Shown here piece after piece: positions 8,144 through 16,496 of a DNA stretch of 64,000 nt. The notes under the pieces were generated by a model. The model was not told the origin of the DNA, searched no databases, and saw nothing but the letters and a program-made list of their open reading frames with translations. Position 1 is the first letter of the stretch, and every line of letters begins with the position of its first letter. The translations under genes and the position numbers were made by a program. This DNA comes from an archaeon (lineage in GTDB: Archaea; Nanobdellota; Nanobdellia; Pacearchaeales; GW2011-AR1): contig JBDRJD010000014.1 in assembly GCA_043815245.1 (NCBI GenBank), positions 14,986 through 78,985 of the forward strand, read 5' to 3'.

Positions 8144-9118
8144 TTGTTTTTAACTTTTATAATGAACAAGAATTTTAAAGAAATTTTAAGGAAACAGCAC
8201 TATGCTTTAGTTGGAAATCATTCTGCAATCCAAGTGTGTAGATGGGCTAAAAAGTCTTTAATCGACGATGGAGAGTGTTATAAGGAAAAATTTTATGGAA
8301 TTAAAAGCCATCTGTGTTGTCAGTGCAGCCCGGCGGTAGTTTGGTGTCAAAATAAATGTTTACACTGCTGGAGGGCTATTGAGTATACTCTAGGTGAGAA
8401 AATTATCTTAGAATTGGATGATCCCAAAGATATTATTGACAAATTGATAGAAGCACAAAGAAAAATGCTTTCTGGGTTTAAGGGAAATAATAAGATAAAC
8501 ATGAAGAAGTTTAAAGATGCTCAAAATCCTAAGCATTTTGCAATCTCATTATCAGGCGAGCCCACAATTTATTCAAAAATTGGAGAATTGATTAAAGAGC
8601 TGAGAAAAAGAAAGTTAACTAGCTTTTTGGTAACTAACGGCCTGATGCCAAATAGATTAATGGAGCTCGGAAAGAAAAAGCAACTTCCTACGCAACTTTA
8701 TATTTCTCTTAATTATCCAAATGAAAAGATATTCCGGGAGATTACAAGAAATAAAAGTAAACAAGCTTGGAAGAATTTTAATAAAACCTTAGAGCTACTT
8801 CCTAAATTAAGAACTAGAAAAGTCTTAAGAATGACTCTTGTAAAAGACTTGAATATGTCAAATACCGACGATTACGCTAAATTAATCTTAAAGGCTTCAC
8901 CAGATTTTGTAGAAGTGAAAGGGTTTATGTCAGTTGGATTTGCTAGGAAAAGACTAGATTATGAAAGGATGCCTAATGAAAAAGAAGTAAAGGAGTTTGC
9001 AAAAAAGCTTTCTGAAAAACTCCCAGGTTATGAGGTTCTAGCTGAGAAAAAAGAATCAAGAGTGGTTTTGATTGGTAAGGATAAATGCAAGATGAAGATT
9101 AAACCTTCTGAGATTTAG
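8144..9118 (+). CDS. taw1: tRNA 4-demethylwyosine synthase TYW1/Taw1 (radical SAM)
   Basis: Has CYKEKFYGIKSHLCCQC followed by CQNKCLHCWR (CX3CX2C), plus SLSGEPTIY and a C-terminal wyosine-formation-like region. This resembles archaeal Taw1. Confidence 0.55.
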   Translation: MFLTFIMNKNFKEILRKQHYALVGNHSAIQVCRWAKKSLIDDGECYKEKFYGIKSHLCCQCSPAVVWCQNKCLHCWRAIEYTLGEKIILELDDPKDIIDKLIEAQRKMLSGFKGNNKINMKKFKDAQNPKHFAISLSGEPTIYSKIGELIKELRKRKLTSFLVTNGLMPNRLMELGKKKQLPTQLYISLNYPNEKIFREITRNKSKQAWKNFNKTLELLPKLRTRKVLRMTLVKDLNMSNTDDYAKLILKASPDFVEVKGFMSVGFARKRLDYERMPNEKEVKEFAKKLSEKLPGYEVLAEKKESRVVLIGKDKCKMKIKPSEI

Positions 9119-9455
9119 AGTATTTATCTAAGGCTGCTCTTTCATCTTCTCCGCTGAGAAAGCTGTTAGAACTATGTCTGAAATCTTCTAGGCCCTCAGC
9201 GAAATATAGGTCCATAAGTTTATCTGCCAATGTTAAATTAAAGTCTAGGGGATGATTTTTCAAAAGCGCGGACAACTCTGACTGATCTAAGACTCTTCCA
9301 TCGGGTAGAGCTACTCTGTCGGGAACATAATGTAAGTCGTGACAGTCAACTAAAAAAATAAATCCTCTATTTTCAATTGTACTTATCTCTCTCTTTAGCC
9401 GAGCTATGTATTCATCATAAGACTCTTCTGAATCTTCATTATAAGAGATATCCAT
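9099..9455 (-). CDS. Hypothetical acidic protein
   Basis: A 118-aa ORF with no recognisable motif. It lies in a locally GC-richer patch. Confidence 0.3.
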   Translation of the reverse strand: MDISYNEDSEESYDEYIARLKREISTIENRGFIFLVDCHDLHYVPDRVALPDGRVLDQSELSALLKNHPLDFNLTLADKLMDLYFAEGLEDFRHSSNSFLSGEDERAALDKYSKSQKV

Positions 9456-9473
9456 AATTATGAATTTTGAGAT

Positions 9474-9881
9474 TTAATCTATTAAGCCTTGCTTTAAAAG
9501 TTTAGGTATCAAATAGTCCTCATCAATTGACGCAACTGTGATTCCTTGAGATTTATATGCACTTGTGATCCATGCGATCTGTTCAATTCCTCCTGATTTC
9601 AAAGGAGTCCCCTCAATACTTACAAGATAAGTCTCCATCCTTACTACCTTACCTTCATCTCTAAAGTGGGGGGCTTCCCAAGTTCCGTAGGGGACGGGGT
9701 CCATGTGAACAAGACGCACATTAAGCTCATCTGATAGTTTTCTTCTTAAGGTGTCTTTTTTAGAATCTCTACCTGTAGCCCGCCCTCCTGGCATGATAAA
9801 ATGTGGCTCATTTTCCTTCCTAACCATTAGTAGCTTTTTATCCTTTAGAATTATTGCGGCAATCTTATGATGTAGAGACAT
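9474..9881 (-). CDS. Nudix hydrolase
   Basis: Has the Nudix box GGRATGRDSKKDTLRRKLSDELNV (GX5EX7REUXEEXGU-like). Confidence 0.6.
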   Translation of the reverse strand: MSLHHKIAAIILKDKKLLMVRKENEPHFIMPGGRATGRDSKKDTLRRKLSDELNVRLVHMDPVPYGTWEAPHFRDEGKVVRMETYLVSIEGTPLKSGGIEQIAWITSAYKSQGITVASIDEDYLIPKLLKQGLID

Positions 9882-9882
9882 T

Positions 9883-10233
9883 TTAAAAGTAGGCTATTCC
9901 GTCTTTAGTAAGAGCTACAAATCTTATCCCCACTGGGAGAGATAATAGGGCTGAGATTAAGGCCATATGCTCCTTACCATCACCCGAAGCAATACTCAAA
10001 GCCACTTCAGTTCCTTTTATTTTACCGTCGAGCTTCTTCATGATCTCTGACTTTAAGTCGATTAAGCCCTGACTCGTATTTACCTTGATGAAAGCATGCT
10101 TTTTAGAAACTGTAAATTTTTCTGCAAAATCACTGCCCACTAAAAAGATATCTTCCCAATCTCCATGATTAACTAAACCAGCTACTTGGCCCCAAGTTCC
10201 TTTTCCAGAAGAGAGTAATGCTACTAATTCCAT
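9883..10233 (-). CDS. Hypothetical protein
   Basis: The ORF was shortened to the internal Met (MELVALLSSGKG) to avoid overlapping the divergent neighbour. No recognisable family. Confidence 0.3.
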   Translation of the reverse strand: MELVALLSSGKGTWGQVAGLVNHGDWEDIFLVGSDFAEKFTVSKKHAFIKVNTSQGLIDLKSEIMKKLDGKIKGTEVALSIASGDGKEHMALISALLSLPVGIRFVALTKDGIAYF

Positions 10234-10290
10234 TTTTGTTTTTCTATGAAATGCAGTTATATTTATAAGCATTTATGTGCTAAGAGTGAT

Positions 10291-10746
10291 ATGGCGAGAG
10301 ATACACCCCTAGTTGAGATTACACTAAGGAAATATGAAAAACCCTATCAAAAAGATAAAAGAGAGGTTATGAAGAAGATTTGTTTATCTTTGGGACTGCT
10401 ACAGCCGGGGGATGGCCGGGATGTTGTTGTAGACATGCTCTTGGTATTAGAGAAGGCAAGGCGAGAGAAGAGACAACTTACAAGCGTGGAGATAGGTAAG
10501 CTTGTAGAAGAGTCTAGGAAGAGGTATAGCTTAGAGATGAAGGGCATAGCTGAAAGCAATATTCGTAGGCAGTTAAAAAGGTTAAGGGATTCTATGATAA
10601 TCGAGAAAAAAGAAAATCTTTACAACTTAACCGAATTTGGGAGTTTGAGTGAAATCTTCAATAGTAAGATTGAAAGATTCCTTATTCCTCAAACGGTCGA
10701 AAGAATAAAAGAATACCTTGAAGAACTGGAAAAGCAAGATTTATAA
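10291..10746 (+). CDS. Putative winged-helix transcription regulator
   Basis: Start moved to MARDTPLVEI. The protein is small and basic, with a helix-turn-helix-like centre (TSVEIGKLVEESRKRYSLEMKGIAESNIRRQLKRL). Confidence 0.35.
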   Translation: MARDTPLVEITLRKYEKPYQKDKREVMKKICLSLGLLQPGDGRDVVVDMLLVLEKARREKRQLTSVEIGKLVEESRKRYSLEMKGIAESNIRRQLKRLRDSMIIEKKENLYNLTEFGSLSEIFNSKIERFLIPQTVERIKEYLEELEKQDL

Positions 10747-10832
10747 ACCCTATTTAATTCGCAAATGTACCGGCAAACTACATCACCACAAGATATCTTC
10801 TAGGCTTGATGTGCATTATGTAGGAGGTAATA

Positions 10833-11468
10833 ATGAAGGAAGTTGTATTAAAGGCTCTTAAAGAGCTTAAAGATGAGAAGAATAATAAGAAAAGGAAATT
10901 CAATCAATCTGTAGACCTAATTGTAAATTTAAAAAATTTTGACTTAAAAAGAGAGAGTTTGAATTTAGTTGTAAACTTGCCTCACAAAATTAAAACTGCG
11001 AAAGTGGCTGCTTTTTTAGATAAGCGAAGTAGTTTGGTGGACACGATTACACAATCTGACTTTGGGAGATACAAGGAAAAAAAAGATATTAAAAAACTTG
11101 TAAAAAAATATGACTTCTTCATGGCTTCTGCAAAGTTAATGCCCCAAGTTGCTACAAGTTTTGGAAAATACTTGGGGCCTGTTGGAAAAATGCCCACGCC
11201 TCAATTGGGGATTATCAGTCAAGATAGTGAAGCTGAAATAAAGCAGGCTTTAGTAAAGTTTGAGAAGGTCTTGAAAATAAAATCAAAAGAGACAAGTATT
11301 AAGTTAAGTGTGGCTAGGGAGCAGATGAAAGATGAAGAAGTTTTTGAAAATATAGATATGGTCTATAAATCAATAGTGAATGCACTTCCAAGAAAAAAAG
11401 AAAACCTAAAGAGTGTTATGATTAAACTCACAATGTCTAAGCCAATAAAGCTGGAATTGGAAAAGTAA
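10833..11468 (+). CDS. rpl1: Ribosomal protein L1 (uL1)
   Basis: Begins MKEVVLKALKELKDEKNNKKRKFNQSVDLIVNLK..., is L1-sized, and sits upstream of L10/L12. Confidence 0.85.
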   Translation: MKEVVLKALKELKDEKNNKKRKFNQSVDLIVNLKNFDLKRESLNLVVNLPHKIKTAKVAAFLDKRSSLVDTITQSDFGRYKEKKDIKKLVKKYDFFMASAKLMPQVATSFGKYLGPVGKMPTPQLGIISQDSEAEIKQALVKFEKVLKIKSKETSIKLSVAREQMKDEEVFENIDMVYKSIVNALPRKKENLKSVMIKLTMSKPIKLELEK

Positions 11469-11469
11469 A

Positions 11470-12342
11470 ATGGTAGTAAAACATAGATCAAAAGACATTC
11501 CAGAAAAAAAGAAAAAGGTAGTTGATGAGCTAGTTAGACTAATGAAGGAAAGTAATTGCTTAGTTATCGCTTCGATTAAAGGACTTCCAGGAAGTCAGTT
11601 TCAAATAATTAAAAATAAAATAAAGGGCCATGCTAAAGTAAAGGTGGTGAAAAAAACTGCCACCCTTAGAGCAATAGATAAAATAGATGAGGCAACGATT
11701 AAAAACCTTAAGATTTTTATTAAAGAAGACATTGCATTGTTATTTTCAGATATGGATCCATTTGAGTTATCTGCAATTCTTTCTGAGAACACCACTCCTG
11801 CAAAGGCTAAAATAGGGCAAGCGGCACCGGAAGATATCCAGGTTGAAGAAGGACCTACGGAGCTTACACCGGGTCCAGTGATAAGTGAATTTGGAAATTT
11901 AGGGGTACAGATCCAGATACAAAATGGTAAGATTAATATTAAAAGTTCTAAGGTAATAGTAAAGAAAAATGAGAAGATTAACGAAGGCGCAGCTAGCCTG
12001 ATGGCTAAGTTAGATATTAAACCATTTCATGTTGGTTTTGAACCATTGGTGGCTTATGATAATAAGGAAAAGGTGATTTATCAAGGGATAAAGATTGATA
12101 GGGAGAAAACTCTAAAAGAAATCAAAAGTTCCTTTTCAAAAGCGCTTGCATTTGCAGTTTCAATTGCATATCCTTGTAAAGATACAATTTCATTTTTATT
12201 GCAGAAGGCGGGGGCATATGAAAAGGCCTTGGAAAAATTAGTGGGTGGAGAGAAACAACAGGAAAATAAAACTGAAGAGGGAAAACCCTTAGAAGAGACT
12301 AAAGAAGAAAATGTTCAAGAAAATAAACCGGAGGAAAATTAA
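11470..12342 (+). CDS. rpl10: Ribosomal stalk protein L10/P0 (uL10)
   Basis: The N-terminus is L10-like, and the C-terminal acidic E/K-rich tail is typical of archaeal P0. Confidence 0.85.
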   Translation: MVVKHRSKDIPEKKKKVVDELVRLMKESNCLVIASIKGLPGSQFQIIKNKIKGHAKVKVVKKTATLRAIDKIDEATIKNLKIFIKEDIALLFSDMDPFELSAILSENTTPAKAKIGQAAPEDIQVEEGPTELTPGPVISEFGNLGVQIQIQNGKINIKSSKVIVKKNEKINEGAASLMAKLDIKPFHVGFEPLVAYDNKEKVIYQGIKIDREKTLKEIKSSFSKALAFAVSIAYPCKDTISFLLQKAGAYEKALEKLVGGEKQQENKTEEGKPLEETKEENVQENKPEEN

Positions 12343-12636
12343 ATGGAATATGTATACGGTGCTTTACTCCTACATAAGACTGGACAAACAGTGAATGAAG
12401 AGAATTTGAAGAGAGTTATTTCAGCGACAGGTGCAGAGCTAGATGAGGCAAAAGTAAAAACTCTGATTGCAAGTTTGAAAGATGTGGATATTGACAAAGA
12501 GCTTGAATCAGCTAGTTTAGTTGCAGCCGCGCCAAGTGGAGCGGTAGGTGGAGAGAGCAAGAAAGAAGAGAAATCAGAAGCTAAAGAAGAAAAAGCAGAA
12601 GAAGCTGCTGAAGGTTTGAGTGCATTATTTGGTTAA
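12343..12636 (+). CDS. rpl12: Ribosomal stalk protein L12/P1
   Basis: Begins MEYVYGALLLHKTGQTVNEENLKRV and ends ...EAAEGLSALFG, the hallmark C-terminus of archaeal P1. Confidence 0.9.
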   Translation: MEYVYGALLLHKTGQTVNEENLKRVISATGAELDEAKVKTLIASLKDVDIDKELESASLVAAAPSGAVGGESKKEEKSEAKEEKAEEAAEGLSALFG

Positions 12637-12824
12637 ATTTTTAATTATTCGAAGCGCTCAGACCTTTAAGCCTAGTTCTAGGTACAACTTTTAGCTATTG
12701 GGATAATTTTATTTAAGTTCAAAAAATTTTCAACTTTTGAAGAAAAGAAAGTTCTATGAACCAAATAAACTGTAATAGCTATTAAAAGAGAATATTTAAA
12801 AGCATTAATTAATTGTCAATTCTA

Positions 12825-12904
12825 GCCCGCGTCGCATAATGGTATTGCACCGGCCTTGAGAGCCGGGCCCTTTGGGCCTCCAGGTTCGATTCCTGGCGCG
12901 GGCG
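12825..12904 (+). tRNA. tRNA-Ser (anticodon UGA by manual fold), class II with long variable arm
   Basis: GCCCGCG acceptor pairs with CGCGGGC. Anticodon stem CCGGC/GCCGG encloses loop CTTGAGA, there is a GCCC-TTT-GGGC variable arm, and the T-arm is CCAGG-TTCGATT-CCTGG. The discriminator is G. Confidence 0.75.
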
Positions 12905-12956
12905 TTTAAATAGCTCACAAATAACAGAAAAAAGTAAAGCTAATCAAAGGGTTCTC

Positions 12957-13235
12957 CTAAACGAACCAACCTTTAAATCTTGCCAAAAAACCTTTTTTTT
13001 CAACTGAATCTTCAATTGGTTCCACTTCATACTTGATTACTGGCTTTTCTATCATCTTAGGAGCAGACTTTGCTAAAGATTCGTTGGCAACTTTAATAGC
13101 CCTGTCAATTTCAGCTCTGGAATAGCCTTGATTTTGTAACGCAAATTTTAAAGAATCGGGAGTATAACCTTTTTGCAGATTTTTCACAATATAATTTGCA
13201 AGTTGTTGTATATAATCAGAATCTCTTAAAGCCAT
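12957..13235 (-). CDS. Hypothetical small protein directly downstream of the large surface protein gene
   Basis: A 92-aa ORF with no recognisable motif. Confidence 0.3.
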   Translation of the reverse strand: MALRDSDYIQQLANYIVKNLQKGYTPDSLKFALQNQGYSRAEIDRAIKVANESLAKSAPKMIEKPVIKYEVEPIEDSVEKKGFLARFKGWFV

Positions 13236-13271
13236 TTTTCCTAGATTATGAAGAAATGGAAGTTTAAAAAT

Positions 13272-16200
13272 TTACTTGTCCTTCTTTTTGAATATCTTAT
13301 CTTTATACTCTATACCTGCAAGTACGATTATAACTATTAAAACAATAATGATTGCGCCCCCTAAAATCCAGAGCAAGGTATTTCTTTTTGAGGCCTGTAC
13401 CTGGGCTTCAATATCTACCGTTTCGTTTCCTAAGGCATCACCAGTGGAAGAGTCATCATTAGCAGTATCCGAACTAACAACTTTTTCTGATATGGCGAAG
13501 TAGCTAAAACTCGTTACATTAGCCTCATAATAATGATAATTTCCAGATTTTTTCTTGTATCTTGTGGCAACTTCACCCCATTCTTCTGAGTCCTCATTAA
13601 ATTTAAAGATGGCTACGTTATCTTTGTCTCCTACCTCTTTTGTAACCCAGGTATCATTTAGTTTTAAAGTGATCATAGCTCTTGAAAGATTATCATCTAG
13701 ACTTACAGGTAATATCTGGATATAGCCATAGATCTTTCCTGGTTTTGGTTTAGAAACTACAGAAGGCCTAGAGGTGTATCCTGTAACAGTAATTTTTACT
13801 GAACTTGTATTTGAAGAAACCTCTAAATCAATTTTTTCTATTCCAATCTTAGCTGAATTCACACTCATAGAATAACTTTCACCACGGTACATATTAGTCC
13901 AACTTCTAACAACTTTTGTAGTATCACTTTCACTATCATCATCTCCCCCTCCACCACTGCTACTACTATCATCATCGTCTGAGGAACTTGAAACAGCTGG
14001 AGCTGCTCCAGTAACACTAGGGGATAGTCCTGAAAAGTGGGGAATTTCCATCTGTATTCTGTTGTTTGTAGTATCCATGTAACAAACAGCTGCTCCATTA
14101 CCCTTGTCGCATACAACTCCTGCAGAGGTTAAATAACCACTATAGCGAGAGTTATTATACTCAATAAACTGATCTGTTAGGTTGGTGTCTGTGTGTCCTG
14201 CAGAACGGTTCCAAGCAGTTGAGAATTGGTGAGGGTTGTTGGGATCTTCTTGATATAAAAGAGGAATGCTCATGTTGTAGTTCCAGCTTTCATTGACTAA
14301 AGAAGCATCGTAAGGAATAATTAGAGTTACATTATCATAAACATCTGAAGGGACAAAGTTACCAAACTCCCAAGTGCCTGTTGATGATGCAAGGGAAGCA
14401 TTATCAATTACAGCAAACATTGGAGGTTGTTTAGCCGAAAACATGTCAAAATTATTAAATTTCATTTTTACGCCTGTTGCAATTACTTCTATCTCTAAAT
14501 CTACGGAACCAGCTACAAGAGCCTTAAGCGGATTAAAATTAGTTGCATTCATTGAAGTAATAACTTGAGAAGTGCCTGCTCTGTAAAAAGTCATTAGAAT
14601 TGGCATAGAGGAAGCGTTTATTTCAACTAAATCCCCTGTGGAATTCATCTCTCGAAGTCCTTTATCTCCGCCTGCAGAAAAGTCAATGGATACTAAGGTG
14701 ATATTATGTTCTGATTTACTGAGATTGAGAACTTTCTCAATTGGCGGGCCATCATTTGAATAAACAGAAACCTCAACCCAATTAGAGTTATTTAAGATAG
14801 GTAGATAGAAGGTACCATTTGTGATGGTCTCGATTATATATGTTACTGTTCCGAATCCTGCTGCTGCATTTTTGACCTTAACATCTGCATTAAGACTGTT
14901 CGTAATTGCTCCTCCGGTTTCATTTTGTATATTTATTTGAAGAACAGAGGTGTTAACAGAAACTAACCCTCCTGAATAATAGCTTCCCAATAATTTGTAA
15001 AGAGTTATGTTCAATTCATCAGCTCCGGTAGTGTTTGTGGTAAGATTTGAAAATCCTGCGAGGTACAGCCCACCTTTTCCTGCTTCTGAAGAGGCATTCT
15101 TAGCATAAAACTCTAGCATATAAGGCACAGCCCCTAATAAAGAAATATTGTACCAAGCTATCCCATTTGTATGGTATGAAGAGTTACATTCTGGGTGTAA
15201 AGTGAGATTGTAACTTATGTCCGCAGTAAGATTTATATCCCCCTGGTCTGCATGGGCTGGAGGAATAAAGCCTGCCCAAGGTTGTAGTTTTGGGATTAAA
15301 CTAGTTAGATTGTATTGAGTTAATGAGGTCTCATTATAATTCGGAGAAATCTTAATACACCCAGTTAGTCTAATCCTGGTTATTGAAAGGTCTTGAGTGA
15401 CTTGGAGAACTTGGCCTTCACTGACAGATAAGGAAGAGTTCGATTTTGGAGGTGTGGGGCAGTTTGTATCATTCATAAATGTGCCGTCACAGTCCTGATT
15501 TCCTAAAAACTGGGAAAACTCTCTCACGAACATTACAGTATAGGATTTACCTGCGGGTACAACCACGTCTACAGTAGAAACACTTTGTAGCATTTGACTT
15601 TCAACTGGAAACCCCACCTTCTCATCATAAACCATATATCCAAACTTGTGGCTATCTCCTGTGCTATTAGTAACATTTAATCTAAGAGTTCCTGCAGCTT
15701 GTAGATAAAATGTAGATCCGTTTAAAGTCATATCAGAAAGCTCATTTGTAGCAGTAGGATAGTAAAGTGTAATGGGAAAAGCTGGCAAGATGGCGCCTAT
15801 TTTTGTGGCATAGCCTGATTGATTATAATGTATTAGCTTTAAAATGTACATTTGGGCTGAGCCATTTAAGCTCAAGAAGCTAAAAGAGCCGTTTTCATCA
15901 GTGAGGGTAGATGCTTCGAGAATTTCGCTTGGAGGGCCATTTTGTTGAAGAATAAATTGATATATAGAAATATTTGTACCATTTTGTAAGTTTCCAGATT
16001 CATTTTTTACATACCCATAAAAAGGAATATTTGCAGTAAGCCCAATAATAGAAGAATTTGAAGTGCCATCAAACGCTGTGGCGTTGATAGTTATGGTTAG
16101 GTCACCTATTCCCAAGCTTGTAATCCCAAACCAAAAGTCTTGCATGGTCTGATTTTCAATAATGCCCGAAGAGGTAGTATTTGTGAACATAATAATGCCA

Positions 16201-16457
16201 GAGCCACTAGAGGTAGTATTTGTGAAAGTAAAATCTGAAGCCGAACTACCGTTTGAATTTCCTACAAAATCTCCATCAAAAACAAAAGTGACCTGAGATA
16301 TATTTGCGTTTTCTGCTCCAATCGTGATATTAACAAAGTTGTTGCCAGTCATATTAACATAATCTGAACTTTGGATGGTAAAATTGGCTTCTAAGCCAAG
16401 GGAGCAACTAGGGAAGAAGATTAAGAAAAACAAAAATAATGTTAATTTTTTCACCAT
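13272..16457 (-). CDS. Large secreted surface (S-layer-like) glycoprotein with C-terminal membrane anchor
   Basis: 1061 aa with an N-terminal signal peptide (MVKKLTLFLFFLIFFPSCSLG). It has dozens of N-x-S/T sequons, an S/D/G-rich linker (SSSDDDDSSSSGGGGDDDSESD), and a C-terminal TM helix with a basic tail (LLWILGGAIIIVLIVIIVLAG...KKKDK). Confidence 0.6.
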   Translation of the reverse strand: MVKKLTLFLFFLIFFPSCSLGLEANFTIQSSDYVNMTGNNFVNITIGAENANISQVTFVFDGDFVGNSNGSSASDFTFTNTTSSGSGIIMFTNTTSSGIIENQTMQDFWFGITSLGIGDLTITINATAFDGTSNSSIIGLTANIPFYGYVKNESGNLQNGTNISIYQFILQQNGPPSEILEASTLTDENGSFSFLSLNGSAQMYILKLIHYNQSGYATKIGAILPAFPITLYYPTATNELSDMTLNGSTFYLQAAGTLRLNVTNSTGDSHKFGYMVYDEKVGFPVESQMLQSVSTVDVVVPAGKSYTVMFVREFSQFLGNQDCDGTFMNDTNCPTPPKSNSSLSVSEGQVLQVTQDLSITRIRLTGCIKISPNYNETSLTQYNLTSLIPKLQPWAGFIPPAHADQGDINLTADISYNLTLHPECNSSYHTNGIAWYNISLLGAVPYMLEFYAKNASSEAGKGGLYLAGFSNLTTNTTGADELNITLYKLLGSYYSGGLVSVNTSVLQINIQNETGGAITNSLNADVKVKNAAAGFGTVTYIIETITNGTFYLPILNNSNWVEVSVYSNDGPPIEKVLNLSKSEHNITLVSIDFSAGGDKGLREMNSTGDLVEINASSMPILMTFYRAGTSQVITSMNATNFNPLKALVAGSVDLEIEVIATGVKMKFNNFDMFSAKQPPMFAVIDNASLASSTGTWEFGNFVPSDVYDNVTLIIPYDASLVNESWNYNMSIPLLYQEDPNNPHQFSTAWNRSAGHTDTNLTDQFIEYNNSRYSGYLTSAGVVCDKGNGAAVCYMDTTNNRIQMEIPHFSGLSPSVTGAAPAVSSSSDDDDSSSSGGGGDDDSESDTTKVVRSWTNMYRGESYSMSVNSAKIGIEKIDLEVSSNTSSVKITVTGYTSRPSVVSKPKPGKIYGYIQILPVSLDDNLSRAMITLKLNDTWVTKEVGDKDNVAIFKFNEDSEEWGEVATRYKKKSGNYHYYEANVTSFSYFAISEKVVSSDTANDDSSTGDALGNETVDIEAQVQASKRNTLLWILGGAIIIVLIVIIVLAGIEYKDKIFKKKDK

Positions 16458-16477
16458 CTTTTATTGAATTAATTAGT

Positions 16478-16492
16478 TTTTGAGGATTTATA
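16478..16492 (-). promoter_or_regulatory. Strong archaeal TATA-box (TTTATAAAT) about 25-35 nt upstream of the surface-protein start
   Basis: The plus-strand sequence ggaTTTATAAATttt gives a consensus-like TATA on the reverse strand, at the expected spacing. Confidence 0.4.
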
Positions 16493-16496
16493 AATT

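Noticed and set aside
12825-12904. Extra length of the tRNA (80 nt), considered as a possible intron
   Set aside because: It is better explained by a class-II long variable arm (GCCC-TTT-GGGC) consistent with tRNA-Ser. No bulge-helix-bulge motif was seen.
12905-13271. The tRNA-Ser 3' flank, considered as an integration hotspot or mobile element
   Set aside because: There is no integrase, direct repeat of the tRNA 3' end or phage-like gene nearby. The neighbouring genes are chromosomal.
13865-14568. Internal/antisense ORFs (13865-14116, 14374-14568) within the large surface-protein gene
   Set aside because: They are fully nested in the 1061-aa ORF, which has a coherent signal-peptide-to-anchor architecture.
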